A program made the position numbers and the translations under genes. Source: the human T2T-CHM13v2.0 reference genome, Homo sapiens. Taken from it: a stretch of DNA of 64,000 nucleotides. The notes beneath the pieces are model-generated. The model saw only the letters and a list, made by a program, of their open reading frames with translations. It searched no databases and was not told where the DNA came from. The stretch lies in the NCBI RefSeq assembly GCF_009914755.1, contig NC_060935.1. The stretch is one strand, 5' to 3'. This document shows, one piece after another, positions 41,669-56,476 of the stretch (its first letter is position 1; every line of letters starts with the position of its first letter).

Positions 41669-43123
41669 TTGGAGGACAAGATCTAATGAGAACCAAAGGG
41701 AACTGTGTTTTTCAAATGTAATCCTTTTAAATAAAACACAGAATCAAATATTGAATGTTATTAGCACAGATATTCTTCTAGATAGCACGTGCACTTTAGA
41801 TTTTGGTTTACACATGAAAATAGAAGCAACATCACTAAGCAGCTCCTAAAAGGATTGCAAATATACCCATCACCACCAGAGAAGTCAGAAAGTACGTTGT
41901 TAATTCTGGTAATAAACGTGATTTTCAGGATCAAATTGTTGATTAGCATCCAGAAGATAAAATCATTTTAAGCCAGCCCAGAGAGATGAAAACATTCCTA
42001 AGACTTCCAAAGAGAGATTTTTAGTCCTTTCTGGAGCACTCAATTTCTATGTGAGTAGTCTCCCGTCAGAACTCATTCCAGTATTTGAAACTGTGAAAAA
42101 ATTATTTCTAATATGAAAATCTGTACTTCATCTCGAAAAGAAAACAAAACACTTGCCTTCTAGTAGGCTTAAGATAAATTTCAGAACTTAGCATGATGAT
42201 CAAGACCCTTTTTGACCAGGATCCTGCTAACTTCACCAACCTCACGGTGCAGGTCTCTCTTGCTCTGACTGTCAGCCTTCTGTAATGAGAAGGCCTTGGA
42301 GCTACACGGAGGCTTTGCTCACCACACAGCTCTCTGTCCACCATTTCTTCTATCTGGGCTGCTCTTCCCTTGTTAGGTGAGCCAATGCCTGTTTAATCCT
42401 TCAGAGCTCAGTTTAACTGTCATTTCTTCTGGGAAGTCTTCCTTGACTCCCTCAGTATTGAAATAAGCTCCCCTGCTTTGGGGAATCTCCTACAGGACCC
42501 ATACTTATCTGTCCCATCACACTGTGAGGTTCTTAAGATCAGGGATTATTTTACTTGTATCATCAATACACAGCATGGAACTATATACAAAGTTGGCATG
42601 AATAGCTATTTGTGAATGAATTAAATATGGAGACAGGATGCCAACTCTGGGCATGGCATGACCAAAGCCCTAAGTGTAGGACACAATCCTTACTATTGAG
42701 GCATGTTTAATCTGTGCAGTATTGATCTAGGTGGAAATAAAAACAAACTGCCCACTGTCTTCTGTACAGTAGCCTTTTAAGTATGTAGACAGTATTATAT
42801 AATTCTTATATAGGAAATAAAAGTCTAATGTCTTTAAACTTTGTTTTCAAGCCTTATTGTTCAATCTTTTAGACTTATTTCCTTCTTCTGAGCCCTCAAA
42901 AATCTTTCAAGACTTGACATCTACAAATTATTTTAGGAAGTAGTTTGTGAAAAGGTTCAGTAGATTCACAATTATTTAGCAAGGTCAGGGCTGGTCAGGG
43001 TTTCCTGCTGAATAATTCCTTTCTAGAGGATCCCTTTGTAAAGCACAAATAAGCTGACGTAATTCCACTGCTTAAAATCCCATTTTGGTTTCCCACTGCA
43101 CTTAGATTAAAACTAAAGGTCCT

Positions 43124-43431
<308 letters not shown>

Positions 43432-45623
43432 CTAAAGGTCCTAATAAACAGGTCATACAAGTTATGTCTTGCCCTCCTTGTTGATTTATCCCCTCCCCTC
43501 CAGCCTGCTCCCCAGCCTCATGCACTCCATTGTAGCTGGTACTTAAACATGACCTTACAGCTGGTCCTTAAACATGGATAGTTCATTCATGCCTCAGAGT
43601 CTCATCCCCTTACCTGGTGTACTTTTCCCTCAGGTATTTTCATAACCTGATCACATTCTTCATCCAGGTCTCTGTCCAAATACATCCTTGTTAGAAACTC
43701 CCCATGGCAGTGAATATTACTCTACTTTGCTCAATTTTACAGCCTTCATCACTACCTGAAATTATATCACATAGTATATCCTATGTGGCATACCAAAAGA
43801 CATCTATGTTTGTTTATCATTTGCAATTTGCATCTCCCCCACTATGCACACACAATCTGGTCTTGTCTGTCATGACCACTACTGTATCTCTAGCTCCAGA
43901 ACAGTGCCTGAAGCATAACAGAAGCATATTAAATACTGGTTGAATGGATGTATAAGCCTGTTGATATTTGTTTACTGTATAGGTTGCTTTTAGAGGAGCC
44001 ATCTATACAAATATTCACTACTTCAATCACTGGAAACTCTTGTGCAGGCCAGGTGCAGGAAGGAGAGAGTTCTAACCCCTGATTTGAGTAGACTGGGGGT
44101 TGCATCCTGGCTCTTCCAGTTATATGGCCTTGTTACTCAATCTCTGATAGCCATGACTTCACCTTTATAAAATGTAGATAATAATGACCACTTCCTAGGT
44201 CTATTATGAGGATTCAATAAAAGTACCCACAAATCCATGAAAACACACGTGCTTCACAAAGGGGGATTTTTTATCTCATCCCCCTCAGGTCTAGATTAGT
44301 ACCTGGCAAGTGGTAGGCACATCTCTGCTGAATACTCTGAATGATTAATTCAGTAAACGTGTCAAGGGCTCAACACGGTGCTTCAGATGTCTGGGAGGCA
44401 TAATCAGAGGGAGTTCCGCTCTCTATTCCTTCAATGTCAGAAAGAAAAAAAACTTTGGAATATCTGAAACAGTACATGCTTGAGGAAGAAATTTTGCCCA
44501 ACAAATAATTAGGTTAAAAACTTATGAAAATGACAAAAGTTACATGAATTATAACATCCTCAGTGGTGAGGACAAAAATTCTGATACTTTTCTTTCAGGG
44601 ACTTTTCAGCCTTATTTTAGGCATACAGAATACTTTTTTGTTACATAAACTATATGTTAAAGACTATAAAATTAATGTATCTTGACACATTCACTATCTG
44701 GACTCACATTACCTTTCTAATCACATCCTTTATAACTCTCCAACCCAAGCTCCATATCTAGTCAGACATGCACATATCCCTAAATTTTATATCAAAGATT
44801 CCTGTGGTAGTGACTGCATGAAACCAATGCCAAGCATTAACTGACCTCTCAATTGGGAGAATCATAAGGAAGGGTGGTTTTTAATACACTCTTACGAGGA
44901 CACATGGGGCGGAGTTGGAATAGCCATAAAAGACATTTGATGACCTTTTAAATATTCTAGTCTATCTAATACATATTGAACCATTTAGAAGCCCTTAAAA
45001 CAATCTGTGCATGCCAGTACTAATAAGTAATAATCTAATGCTAGAGCTGACTATTGAAACCATCCTTATAAACTTCATAAAATTAGTCAGGGAAGAAGGG
45101 AGGAGAAAAATTAAAAATAAACCAAGTTTGCGCACAGCATTAACCATCAGCTCAGCTTGCCCTCTGACCTGCTTCCTCATAGTCATTTGGGGCCTACTGC
45201 CTCAGAATCACATAGATCTTGTTGCAAGAATATAGTCCTCCTTAACCGCTCTATAGACAACAACTTTAACATTATAAACATTAAGTTTTCCATTTGAGAT
45301 ATCCTTTCAAGGCCTGCATTTTTGTGAAACTACTGATGTCAGATGGTTTGATGGACCCCACAAGAAGCTGACTCATCAAGGAATGAGCTTTCCACATCCT
45401 GATGATTTTCACCCCCCGGACCTCGACCAATGAATGACCCCAATTATCCAGCCCCTCCCTTTCCATGGTCCAGCTCAGAACTCGTTGGTGTTGGATTTGA
45501 GAGTCTCCTTCCATCTCCTTACTTGGCATCCTGCAATGATTACACTCTTTCTCTGATGCAATCCCTGCTATCTCAGTGAATTGGTCCGTTACTGTGCAGC
45601 AGGCATATGAACCTATTAGTCCT

Positions 45624-47748
45624 TGATATGGTTTGGCTGTGTCCCCACCCAAATCTCATATTGAATTCCCCACGTTGTAGGGAGGGACCTGGTGGGAGGT
45701 AACGGAATCATGGGGGCAGGTCTTTCCCATGCTGTACTCATGATAGTGAATAAGTCTCACAAGATCTGATGGTTATAAAAATGGGAGTTTCCCTGCATAA
45801 ACTCTCTCTCTCTTTGTCTGCTGCCATCCATGTAAGATGTGACTTGCTCCTCCTTGCTTTCTGCCGTGATTGTGAGGCCTCTATAGCCACATGGAAATAT
45901 AATTCCATTAAACCTCTTTTTCTTTCCAGTTTTGGGTATGTCTTTATCAGCAGTGTGAAAACGAACTAATACAGTATATTGGTACCAGTAGAGTGGGGTG
46001 TTGTTGAAGAGATACCCAAAAATGTGGAAGCAACTTTGGAACTGGGTAAGAGGAAGAGGTTGGAACAATTTGGAGGGCTCAGAAGAAGAGAGAAAAATGT
46101 GGGAAAGTTTGGAACTTCTTAGAAACTTGTTGAATGGCTTTGACAAAAATGCTGATAGTGATATGAACAGTAAGGTCCAAGTTGAGGCAGTCGCAGATGG
46201 AGTTGAGGAATTTATTGGGAACTGGAGCAACAGTGACTATTGTAATGTTTTAGCAAAGGGATTGGTGGCATTTTGCCCCTGCCCTACAGATTTCTGGAAT
46301 TTTGAACTTGAGGGAGATGATTTACGGTATCCGGCAGAAGAAATTTCTAAGCAGCAAAGCATTCAAGAGGTGACTTGGGTGTTGTTAAAGGCATTCAGTT
46401 TTAAAAGGGAAACAGAACATAAAGGCTTGGAAAATTTGCAGCCTGACAATGTGATAGGAAAGAAAATCCCATTTTCTGAGGAGAAATTCAAGTTGGCTGC
46501 AGAAATTTGCATAAGTAACAATGAGCTGAATGTTAATCACCAAGACAATGATAAAAATGTCTCCAGGGCACGTCAGAGACCTTTGTGGCAGCCCTTCCCA
46601 TCACAGGCCTGGAGGATTAGGAGGAAAAAATGGTTTTGTGGGGTTTTTTCCCTCTGCTGTTTGCAGTCTGGGGACTTGGTGCCCTGCATCCAAGCCACTC
46701 CAGCCATGATTAAAAGGGGCCAATCTACAGCTTGAGCTGTTGCTTCAGCGGGTAGAAGCCCCAAGCCTTCGCAAATGCACGTGGTGTTGAGCCTGCAGGT
46801 GCACAGAAGTCAAGAATTGAGGTTTGGACACTTCCACCTAGATTTCAGAGGATGTATGGAAACACCTGGATGACCAGGCAGAAGTTTGCTGCAGGGGCAG
46901 GGCCCTCATGGAAAACCTCTCCTAGGGCAGTGCGGAAGGGAAATGTGGGGTTGGAGTCCCCACACAGAGTCCCCACTGGGGCACCACCTAGTGGAGCTGT
47001 GAGAAGAGGGCCACCGTCCTCCAGACCCCAGAATGGTAGATCCACTGACAGCTTGCACTGTGTACCTGGAAAAAGGAGATCATTTTGGAGCTTTAAGATT
47101 TGACTGCCCTGCTGGATTTTGGACTTGCATGGGGCCTGTAGTCCCTCGTTTTGGCCAATTTTTCCCACTTGGAATGGCTGTGTTTACCCAACGCCTGTAC
47201 CTCCATTGTATCTAAGAAGTAACTAACTTGCTTTTGATTTTACAGGCTCTGCCGAAGGGACTTGCCTTGTCTCGTGTGAGACTTTGGACTGTGGACTTTT
47301 GAGTTAATGCTGAAATGAGTTAAGACTTTGGCAGGCTGTTGCAATGGAAGGCATGATTGGTTTTGAAATAAAAGGACATGAGATTTGGGAGGGGGCAAGG
47401 GAAGAATGATACGGTTTAGCTGTGTCCCCACCCAAATCTCATCTTGAATTCTCATGTACTGTAGGAGGGACCTGGTGGGAGGTAATTGAATCATGGGGGC
47501 AGATTTTCCTGTGCTGTTCTCATGATAGTGAATAAGTCTCACAAGATCTGATGGTTTTAAAAATGGGAGTTTCCCTGCACAAGCTCTCTTTGCCTGCCGC
47601 CATCCATATAAGACATGACTTGCTCCTCCTTCCTTCTCCCATGATTGTGAGGCTTCCCTGGCCATGTGGAACTGTAAGTCCATTAAATCTCTTTTTCTTA
47701 CCAATCTTGGGTATGTCTTTATCAGTGGCATGAAAATAGACTAATATA
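45624..47748 (+). mobile_element. Two-LTR THE1 MaLR retroelement: 5' LTR 45624-45973, internal 45974-47406, 3' LTR 47407-47748
   Basis: Both LTRs start tgat(a)yggtttrgctgtgtccccacccaaatctc; polypurine tract before the 3' LTR; 5-bp TSD gtcct at 45619-45623 and 47749-47753. Confidence 0.96.
46097..47225 (+). pseudogene. Disrupted THE1-int ORF; open 46097-46735 (212 aa, MWESLELL...), then stop, frameshift and internal deletion
   Basis: Translation follows the MaLR internal ORF (MWESLEL..NGFD.NAD, FCPCP.D.WNFELE, EEISKQQSIQEVTW; later MYGN.WM.RQKFAAG and GDHFGALRFDCP). Confidence 0.85.
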
Positions 47749-50215
47749 GTCCTACAACACTATTGTCCCTTTAACAATAAAGTTTACAATTCCAAATATA
47801 GTTTTAGTTTTTCAAAATGTTCTCCTTTCTGGAGGCTTTAACCATTTTAATCCTCATTTCTTTTCCTTCTTTATAACATGCACTTATGCAGAGGAAGAAA
47901 GAAAAGCTGTGTTCTTTAGAGAAAGTATTTAATGACAACAATTTACAGGAAGTAGACAAATATTTAACCAAACACACATTTAGTGTGATTCAAGTGGATG
48001 CCAAACCCAGTTATCTCTGCTGTATGCATGCCATCTGCTCAGCAAGGCACAGGAATCTATAACCCTTCTTAGAATGATAGAAGACAGGCTACACAGCATG
48101 AAGATACTGGCAATTTTGAGGCAATTTTGTAATTAAATAAATATCAATTCTTTTAAAAATTATTGTAAAGCAATACTAATATAAAATTACTATAAAGCAA
48201 TGGGTACAATGTACACCCATTAGGTGATGGCTACTTTAAAAGCTCATACTTCACTACTACACAATATATCCATGTAACAAAATGACACTTGTACCCTTCT
48301 AAATCTATTCTTTTAATTACTCTAAGGCAAATAAAAGAGAGGTTTTCTTGTTCATATGCATGCATGATTTCATCTAAGATCACAGGAGAACACATTTTAC
48401 AACTTTCATATTAAATAAATGACATTTTTCCAAGTATCATTCATAACTATCATATTTGGTTATCACATAAGATTCCATGAAGTAGATAAACCATAATTTA
48501 TGTAACACCCTCCTACTGGTGGTCAATTAAGGTTTCCATTGTATCTTTATTCTGGGTAATGTAAAAAATATAAATGTGTGTCTGCAAATACAACATTTAA
48601 AACTTCTGTGTGAATTATTTTCTTTATAGATGTTCATATTCATTTTAAATCATTTATTTCCTTATTCAAGAAATGTTTTTAACTTGCTACTTCGTTCAAT
48701 GCTTTGTGCAAACAGAAACACTTGCTCAAAAGGACTTTCCTATTCCTCATTGCCACTCTCTAATGATGATTATCATTTAATAATGTGTCACAAAACCTGC
48801 AATGAATGTGCTGTTAATTAAAATAAATTAATATCAAGAGGCCTGAAAATCAGATTTACTTTCTGTCCAATGCCTTCCTTTGTGTTAGTCTGTTCAGGCT
48901 GCCATAAAAAAAATAAAATAAAAACAAAACCATATTCTGGGTGGCTTAAATAAGAAAAATTTATTTCTCACATTTCTGGAGGTTGGGAAGACAGATCCAG
49001 TTTCTGATCAAGACTCTCTTCCTGGCTTATAGATGGTTACCTTCTCACTACGTCCTCACATGTTCTTTCCTCTGTCCTTGGGGAATGAGAGTGAGGCGGT
49101 ACTAGAGCATTCTCTGGTGTGTTTTATTAGGGAGGCCAATCTGCTTTATTTAGTCTGTCAATTTAAATGTTAAATTATCTGAAACCACTCTCTCAGAAAC
49201 ACCCATAATAATGTTTGACCAAATATCCAGTCATCTTTTTTTTTCAAAATGGAGGATTAGAGGCAGTGTTAGCATGCCTCTCCCACCTGGAAGGATAGAA
49301 TAGTGAGTAGAGGTTCACACTGAATTTTTTTTCCCAAGAACCAATGCACGAACTTAACAGAAAAACTGAAAGAATCCACAGACCCTTTGAAAGAAGTGGC
49401 AGGCTGCGGCCTACTCCATGAGAAAGGTGAAAAATTACAAGTTCTCAGAGTGTGAGAGGAGGACAGCCTGCCCTTGAACACACATACCCCCACACCCTCT
49501 CCCCCACCAGGGAATATGAAGATCCAGGCCATGGGAGAAGGCCTTAACCCTATCCAGAGCTGGAACAAACTTAGGGAGCAGCATGAAATATATAAGTAGA
49601 AGCAGCAGCAGGAAGTGCCTTGCAGGCATTCCCAGTCTCCAGTATTAACCAAGATAAGCCATTCCTGACTATATCTCACAGGAGCCCTTGGGGAAGTCAG
49701 CCGAAGAGCTCAGGGAGGGGCCACAGGGTGAAAGAGGCTCCCAACTAAACTATGTGATATAATCTCATCTGGGAATGAATTCCTGCTGCTGCTTCTACTT
49801 GTGAGACAAAAGCATCAGGTAACCTATAAAGGAAAACCTATCAAACAAACAGCAGATTTCTCAGTAGAAACCTTACAAGCCAGAAGGGACTGGGATCCTA
49901 TCTTTAGCCTCCTTAAGCAAAATAATTGTCAGCCAAAATCTTGTATCCACAACAACAACAAAAAAGAAAACTTCAGGCCAACATCTTTGATGAACATCAA
50001 TGCAAAAATGCTCAACAAACACTGGCAAACTGAATCCAGCAGCACATCAAAAAGCTTACCTACCATGATCAAATAGGACTTATTCCTGGGATGCAAGGTT
50101 GATTCAACTTATGCAAATCAAAAAATATGATTTATCACATAAACAGAACTAAAGACAAAAACCACATGATTATCTCAATAGATGCAGAAAGGACTTTCAA
50201 TAAAATTGAACATCT

Positions 50216-50543
<328 letters not shown>

Positions 50544-50635
50544 CTAGGTATTTAAGGAATATACCCCAAGATAATAAGAACCATATGAATAGGCAAAAGC
50601 TAGAAGCATTCCCCTTGAAAACTGACACAAGATAA

Positions 50636-51225
<590 letters not shown>

Positions 51226-52699
51226 AGAAAAAAAAAAAAAAAAAAAACCTGAGAAAGCTTCTTAAAGTGATAAACGACTTCAGCAAAGTCTCAGGAAAAC
51301 AAAATCAATGTGCAAAATCACTACATTCCTATACACCAACAGCAGTTAAGCTGAGGGCCAAATCAGGAACATACTCTCATTCACAATTGCTACAAAAAGA
51401 ATAAAATGCCTAGGAATACAGCTAACTAAAGAGGGGAGCAAGGAAACTAAAAACCACTTCTTGCAGAAATCTTAGATGACATAAACAAATGGAAAAACAT
51501 TCATGTTCATGAACAGGAAGATCAATAACATTAAAATGGCCATACTGCCCAAAGCAAGTTATAGATTGAATGTTATTCTTATTAAACTACCATGGAGACT
51601 CTTCACAGAACTAGAAAAAAACTATTTTAAAATTCATATGGAATCAAAAGAAGAGCCTGAATAGCCAAGGCAATAGTTAGTAATAAAAAACCAAGCTGGG
51701 GGCATCACACTACCCAATGTCAAACTATACTACAGGGCTACAGTAACCAAAACAGCATGGTACTGGTACAAAAACAGACACATAGACCAATGGAACAGAA
51801 TAGAGAGAACCCAGAAATAAGACCACAGACCTACAATATCTGATATTTGACAAAACTGACAAAACAAGCAACGGGGAAAGGATTTCCTATTCAATAAATG
51901 GTGCTGGGATAACTGGCTAGCCATATGCAGATTAAAACTGGACCCCTTCCTTACACCATATACAAAAGTTAACTCAAGATGAATTAAAGACTTAAATATA
52001 AAACACAAAACTATAAAAACCCTGGAAGACAACCTAAGCAATACCATTCAGGACATAGGTATGGGCAAAGATTTCATGAAGAAGATACCAATAGCAATTG
52101 CAACAAAAGCAAAAATTGACAAATGGACTCTAATTAAACTAAAGAGCTTCTAAACAGCAAAAGAAACTGTCAACAGAGTAAACAGATAAACCACAAAATG
52201 GGGGAAAAAGACACATGCACATGTATATTTACAGCAGCACAATTCACAATTGCAAAGATATGGAACCAACCAAAGTGCGAATCAACCAACAAATGGATAA
52301 AGAAAATGTGGTATATGTACACCATGGAATACTACCCAGCTATAAAAAGAAAAGAAATAATGTGTTTTGCAGCAACTTGGCTGGATCTGGAGGCCATTAC
52401 TCTAAGTGAAGTAACTTGAGAATGAAAAACCAAATATTGTATGCTCTTACTTATAAGTGGAAGCTAAGCTATGAGGACACGAAGGCATAAGCAGAATATA
52501 ATGGACTTTGGGAACTCTGGGGGGATGGGGAACAAAGACTGGGAGGGGAGTGAGGGATCAAAGGCTACATATTGGGTACAGTATACACTGCCTGGGTGAC
52601 AGATGCACTAAAATCTCAGAAATCACCACTACTTATGCATGTAACCAAAACCCACTGGTACCCCAAAAACTATTGAAACAAAATGAAATTTTTAAAAAA

Positions 52700-53060
52700 C
52701 TTGTAAAGGCCATCAAAAATGAGAAACTGTCATAGCCAACAAGGCCTCAAGAGACCTGACAACTAAATATATCTGGTGTCCTGGATGAAATCCTGGAACA
52801 GAAAGGGGACATTAGGTAAAAACTATTGTATCTATATTGATACATTATCATTAACTAAAGTTTGAAATTTATTCCGATTTTTAAACTAAAGTTCATACTT
52901 TAGTTAATGATAATGTATCAATATTGGCTCACTGATTGTAACAAATGCGCCATACTAATGTGGGATATTAGTAATAGGGATGCTAAATGTTGAGTATATG
53001 AGAATTCTGTACTATTGTAAATCAAAGATGTTTCTAAAGAATAAAGTCAATTAAAAAATA
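52700..53060 (+). mobile_element. L1MC-type 3' end with internal inverted duplication
   Basis: gaaactgtcatagcc...tcctggaacagaaaggggacattaggtaaaaact...taacaaatg. Confidence 0.75.
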
Positions 53061-53309
53061 AAAGTAAATAAAAATAAAATTAAAAAATATGTATCCAGGC
53101 ATCCATTCTACAGGATCAGTGTCCTACTCTTATGACCTCATTTGACCTTAATTACTTCCTCAAGGCCCCCTCTCCATATCCAGCCCCTTGGAGGTTGGGG
53201 CTTCAGTATATGAATTGAGGGAGTGGGGAGTATACAAACATTTCATCCATAACATTCTACCCACATGCAGGATAGTTGTATCATGTTAGATGGAATTATG
53301 ACCTTGCTG

Positions 53310-53902
53310 TTGTTTTCATCTGGAGATTAAGTATAGTTTAAGGAGATGTATATGGGTTACCAAGTTGACAAGGGGTGGGCTTGTGATAGATAATTTTAGG
53401 TGTCAACTTGATTAGGCCACTGAATGCCTGGATATTTGGTCAAACATCATTATGGGTGTTTATGGGAGGGTGGTTTTGGATGAGTTTAACATTTAAATTG
53501 ACAAACTAAGTAAAGCAGATTACCCTCCCTAATGTGAGTGGGCTTAATTTAGTCAGTTGAAGACCTGAGTAGAACAAAAAGTTGACCCTTCTCCATACAA
53601 AAGGGAATTCCTCCTGCCTAACTGCCTTCAATCTGGGACATCATTTTCTTTCTGCCTTCAGACTCAAACTGAAACATCATCTCTGTCTGAGTTGTGAGCC
53701 TGAAGCCTTTGAACTGGAATTAACACCATCAGCTCTCCTGAGTCTCCAGCTTGCTAACTGCAGATCTTGGATCTTGGGTCTTGTCAACCTCCATAATTAC
53801 ATGAACCAGTTCCTTATAATAAGTCAATGTCTGTCTGTCTCTCTCTCTTGCTCTGTCTCTCCATATGCGTATACATCCTATTGGTTCGATATCTGACTAA
53901 CA
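53310..53902 (+). mobile_element. ERVL internal 3' remnant, polypurine tract and MLT2-family LTR (LTR from 53382)
   Basis: caagttgacaaggggtggg followed by tgtgat...tgtcaacttga; taaagcagattaccctccctaatgtg. Confidence 0.82.
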
Positions 53903-54371
53903 CCCCTAAGGCACGCTTTCTTCAAGATGCTTTATAAAACAAACTTAAACAACCTCAAACTTAAACTAAAATGTGCCTTATTTAAGAAGCAGTTGTATTA
54001 GTTACTCAGATCAAAATAAAATGCCACAGTTCTGGGATCAATAAAATTCTGGAGGCATAAGTGTTCAGCTGTGAAGTAGAACCACAGTAGATTTTTCAGA
54101 ATTTTAGAGAGCGCCATTCAATTTCAAGTCATCCACTTTATTTTACCCACAGCAGGAGACTCAAATTATTTTAAATAAAGTGTCATAACCGAAGCAACTT
54201 CCTTAATATTCTGATAAACCTCAGCTTTGGGAATGTGCAGAGCGACAAATGGAATAAACCCTGGCACTTGCTTACTTGTGGTACAAATCCTAAGAATTTA
54301 ACCTCTCTACTATACTAATGTAATACCAATGGTTAAAAAAATTATGTACCTATGTCTGTCTATATAAATAG

Positions 54372-54372
<1 letters not shown>

Positions 54373-54414
<42 letters not shown>
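54373..54414. repeat. (TG)n microsatellite
   Basis: About 21 perfect units. Confidence 0.95.
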
Positions 54415-54416
<2 letters not shown>

Positions 54417-54479
54417 GAGACAGATATATAGAGAGAAACAATAATAACAACAGAAACATTAATTAGAAGCATCTCTGTT

Positions 54480-55115
54480 TTCAAGGATGCAGGAAAAAGA
54501 AAACACTTACACACTGCTTGTGGGAATATAAATTAGTACAACCATAAGAAGGCAGTATGGAGATTTCTCAAAGAACTAAAACAGAAGTGCCACTGAATTC
54601 AGCAATCCCACTACCAGGTATGTACCCACAGGAAAATAAAGCATTATATCAAAAAGATACCCGCAATCATTATGTTTTTAACAATAGCAATGATATGGAA
54701 TCAACCTAATCGTCCATCAATGGAGGGTTGGATAAAGAAAATGTGGTATATATACACCATGGAATACTATTCAGCCATAAGAAAAGAATAAAATTATGTC
54801 TTTTGCAGAAACATGGATGGAACTGGAGGCCATTATCCTAAGTGAAATGACTCAGACACACAAAGTCAAATACCACATGTTCTCACTTATAAGTGGGAGC
54901 TAAATAATGTGTGCATATGGAATTACAGGGTGGAATAATAGGCATTGGAGACCCCAAAAGGGGGAAGGGTGGAAAGAAATTGAGAGTTGAAAATGTACCT
55001 ATTGGGTGCAATGTTCATTATTTGGATAATGGGTGCACTAAAAGCCTAGACTTTGCCACTACCCAATACAGATGCGTAAGAAGTCTGCACTTGTACTCCC
55101 TAAATATATTTTTTT
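54480..55115 (+). mobile_element. L1MA-type 3' end
   Basis: ggagatttctcaaagaactaaa...catgttctcacttataagtgggagctaaataatg...ctgcacttgtactccctaaat. Confidence 0.85.
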
Positions 55116-55599
55116 AAATTTTAGTTTAAAAAATAAGCATTTCTTTTTTTTAGTTTCCATATCAAAAAGGAGATGAATGTTACATTTGTTCTATATCCAG
55201 CATGAAAGCACCAAAGCACCTTTGATACAGTCAAAGATTAATTTTTTAAAGCCAATGGAGAAAGGGTGTTTTAAAGATCATCTTACTTTACAACTACTGC
55301 CTGCAAGGAAGGTCCCCTTCAAGTTACCAGGTCTAGGTCATCTGATCTTTTTAACTCACAAGTCAAGAAGAATGAAAAAGTTTTAAAATGTTAACAAAAA
55401 AGTTATTTTAAGGGAATAGCTATCAGGACAGCTCACATGATTACCGTGGATGTGAGGGTAAAAAATGGAGGCAAAGCTGCTTCTTTTGAAAATGCTCTGC
55501 TTACTCCCCAAAAGAGGCACTTAGATCATGAATGGTCTCTGAAACCTGTACCCAAAGGCATCCTGTAGAACGTGTCGGATCATTGTTAAGAACTTCTTC

Positions 55600-56224
55600 T
55601 GCTACAGTTTGGGTATGGCTTGTTGTACCCACTAAATCTCATGTTGAAATTTGACTCCCAATGTGACAGTGCCGGGAGGTGGGCCTACTGGCAAGTGTTT
55701 GGATCAAAGGAGCAGATCCCCCATCAATGGCTTGCTGCTGTTCCCTTGATAGTTCCAGAGTTCTCTCTCTGGAAAGATGGCATTTGTCCTCTTAGGAATA
55801 GGTTAGTTTCCATGAGAGTGGGTTGTTAAAAAGATAGGATGCTTCTTGGGTCTGGCCCCTCTTTGCACACACCCACTTCCCCTTTGACCTCTGCCATGTT
55901 TTGATGCAGGACAAAAGTCCTAAATATTCATTTCTTTTTAGATATGGAAATTTTAAAAGGGATGCTTGTAGTTAATTTTTCTGTTATTATTGTTGTTGTT
56001 TTTTTCTCTCTATCTCTGGGATAGAGAGACAGAGTAAATTTATAGGGTTTGTGCCTGAAGTAAACAAGTTGCCAAACTTGTTTCTAAAATAACCAAAAGC
56101 TGAGGAGATACCAGCACCATGCTTTGTGTACAACCGCATAACTATAAGCTGAATAAATCTCTTTTCTGTATAAGTTACTCAGTCTCAGATATTCTTTTGT
56201 ATTAACACAAAATGGACTAAGGTA
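55600..56224 (+). mobile_element. MST-family MaLR solo LTR with about 170 bp of foreign insert
   Basis: tgctacagtttgg...aaatctcatgttgaaatttga...aacacaaaatggactaag. Confidence 0.8.
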
Positions 56225-56475
56225 CCCTCTGGACTCAGAGAATATCAATCATTCATTCTTTTATTGACTGACAAATCATATATCTACCTTTTAGCACATA
56301 TTATTAAGCATCTCCTCCTTTTCTTTCTTCATTTCTCACACGCATTGCCAGCACACTCAACATCACCAGCTAATCTCATGGTGATTTTCTAAGATCTCTT
56401 ATATAGGGCTCCAACCAGATTTTCTCCCTCTGAAGACCTCTACATTCCAAATTTGTGCTTCAATATCTTTTGCCC

Positions 56476-56476
<1 letters not shown>

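Larger units (their letters stand above)
45055..47759 (+). mobile_element. ERV1-class solo LTR (LTR26-like), split near its 3' end by the THE1 element (main body 45055-45623, terminal bases 47754-47759)
   Basis: Starts tgaaacc, ends acaaca; 4-bp TSD ctat at 45051-45054 and 47760-47763. Confidence 0.8.

Noticed and set aside
45281-47733. Antisense and LTR-derived ORFs of 107-163 aa around THE1
   Set aside because: Typical incidental frames of THE1 and other LTR sequence; no independent coding evidence.
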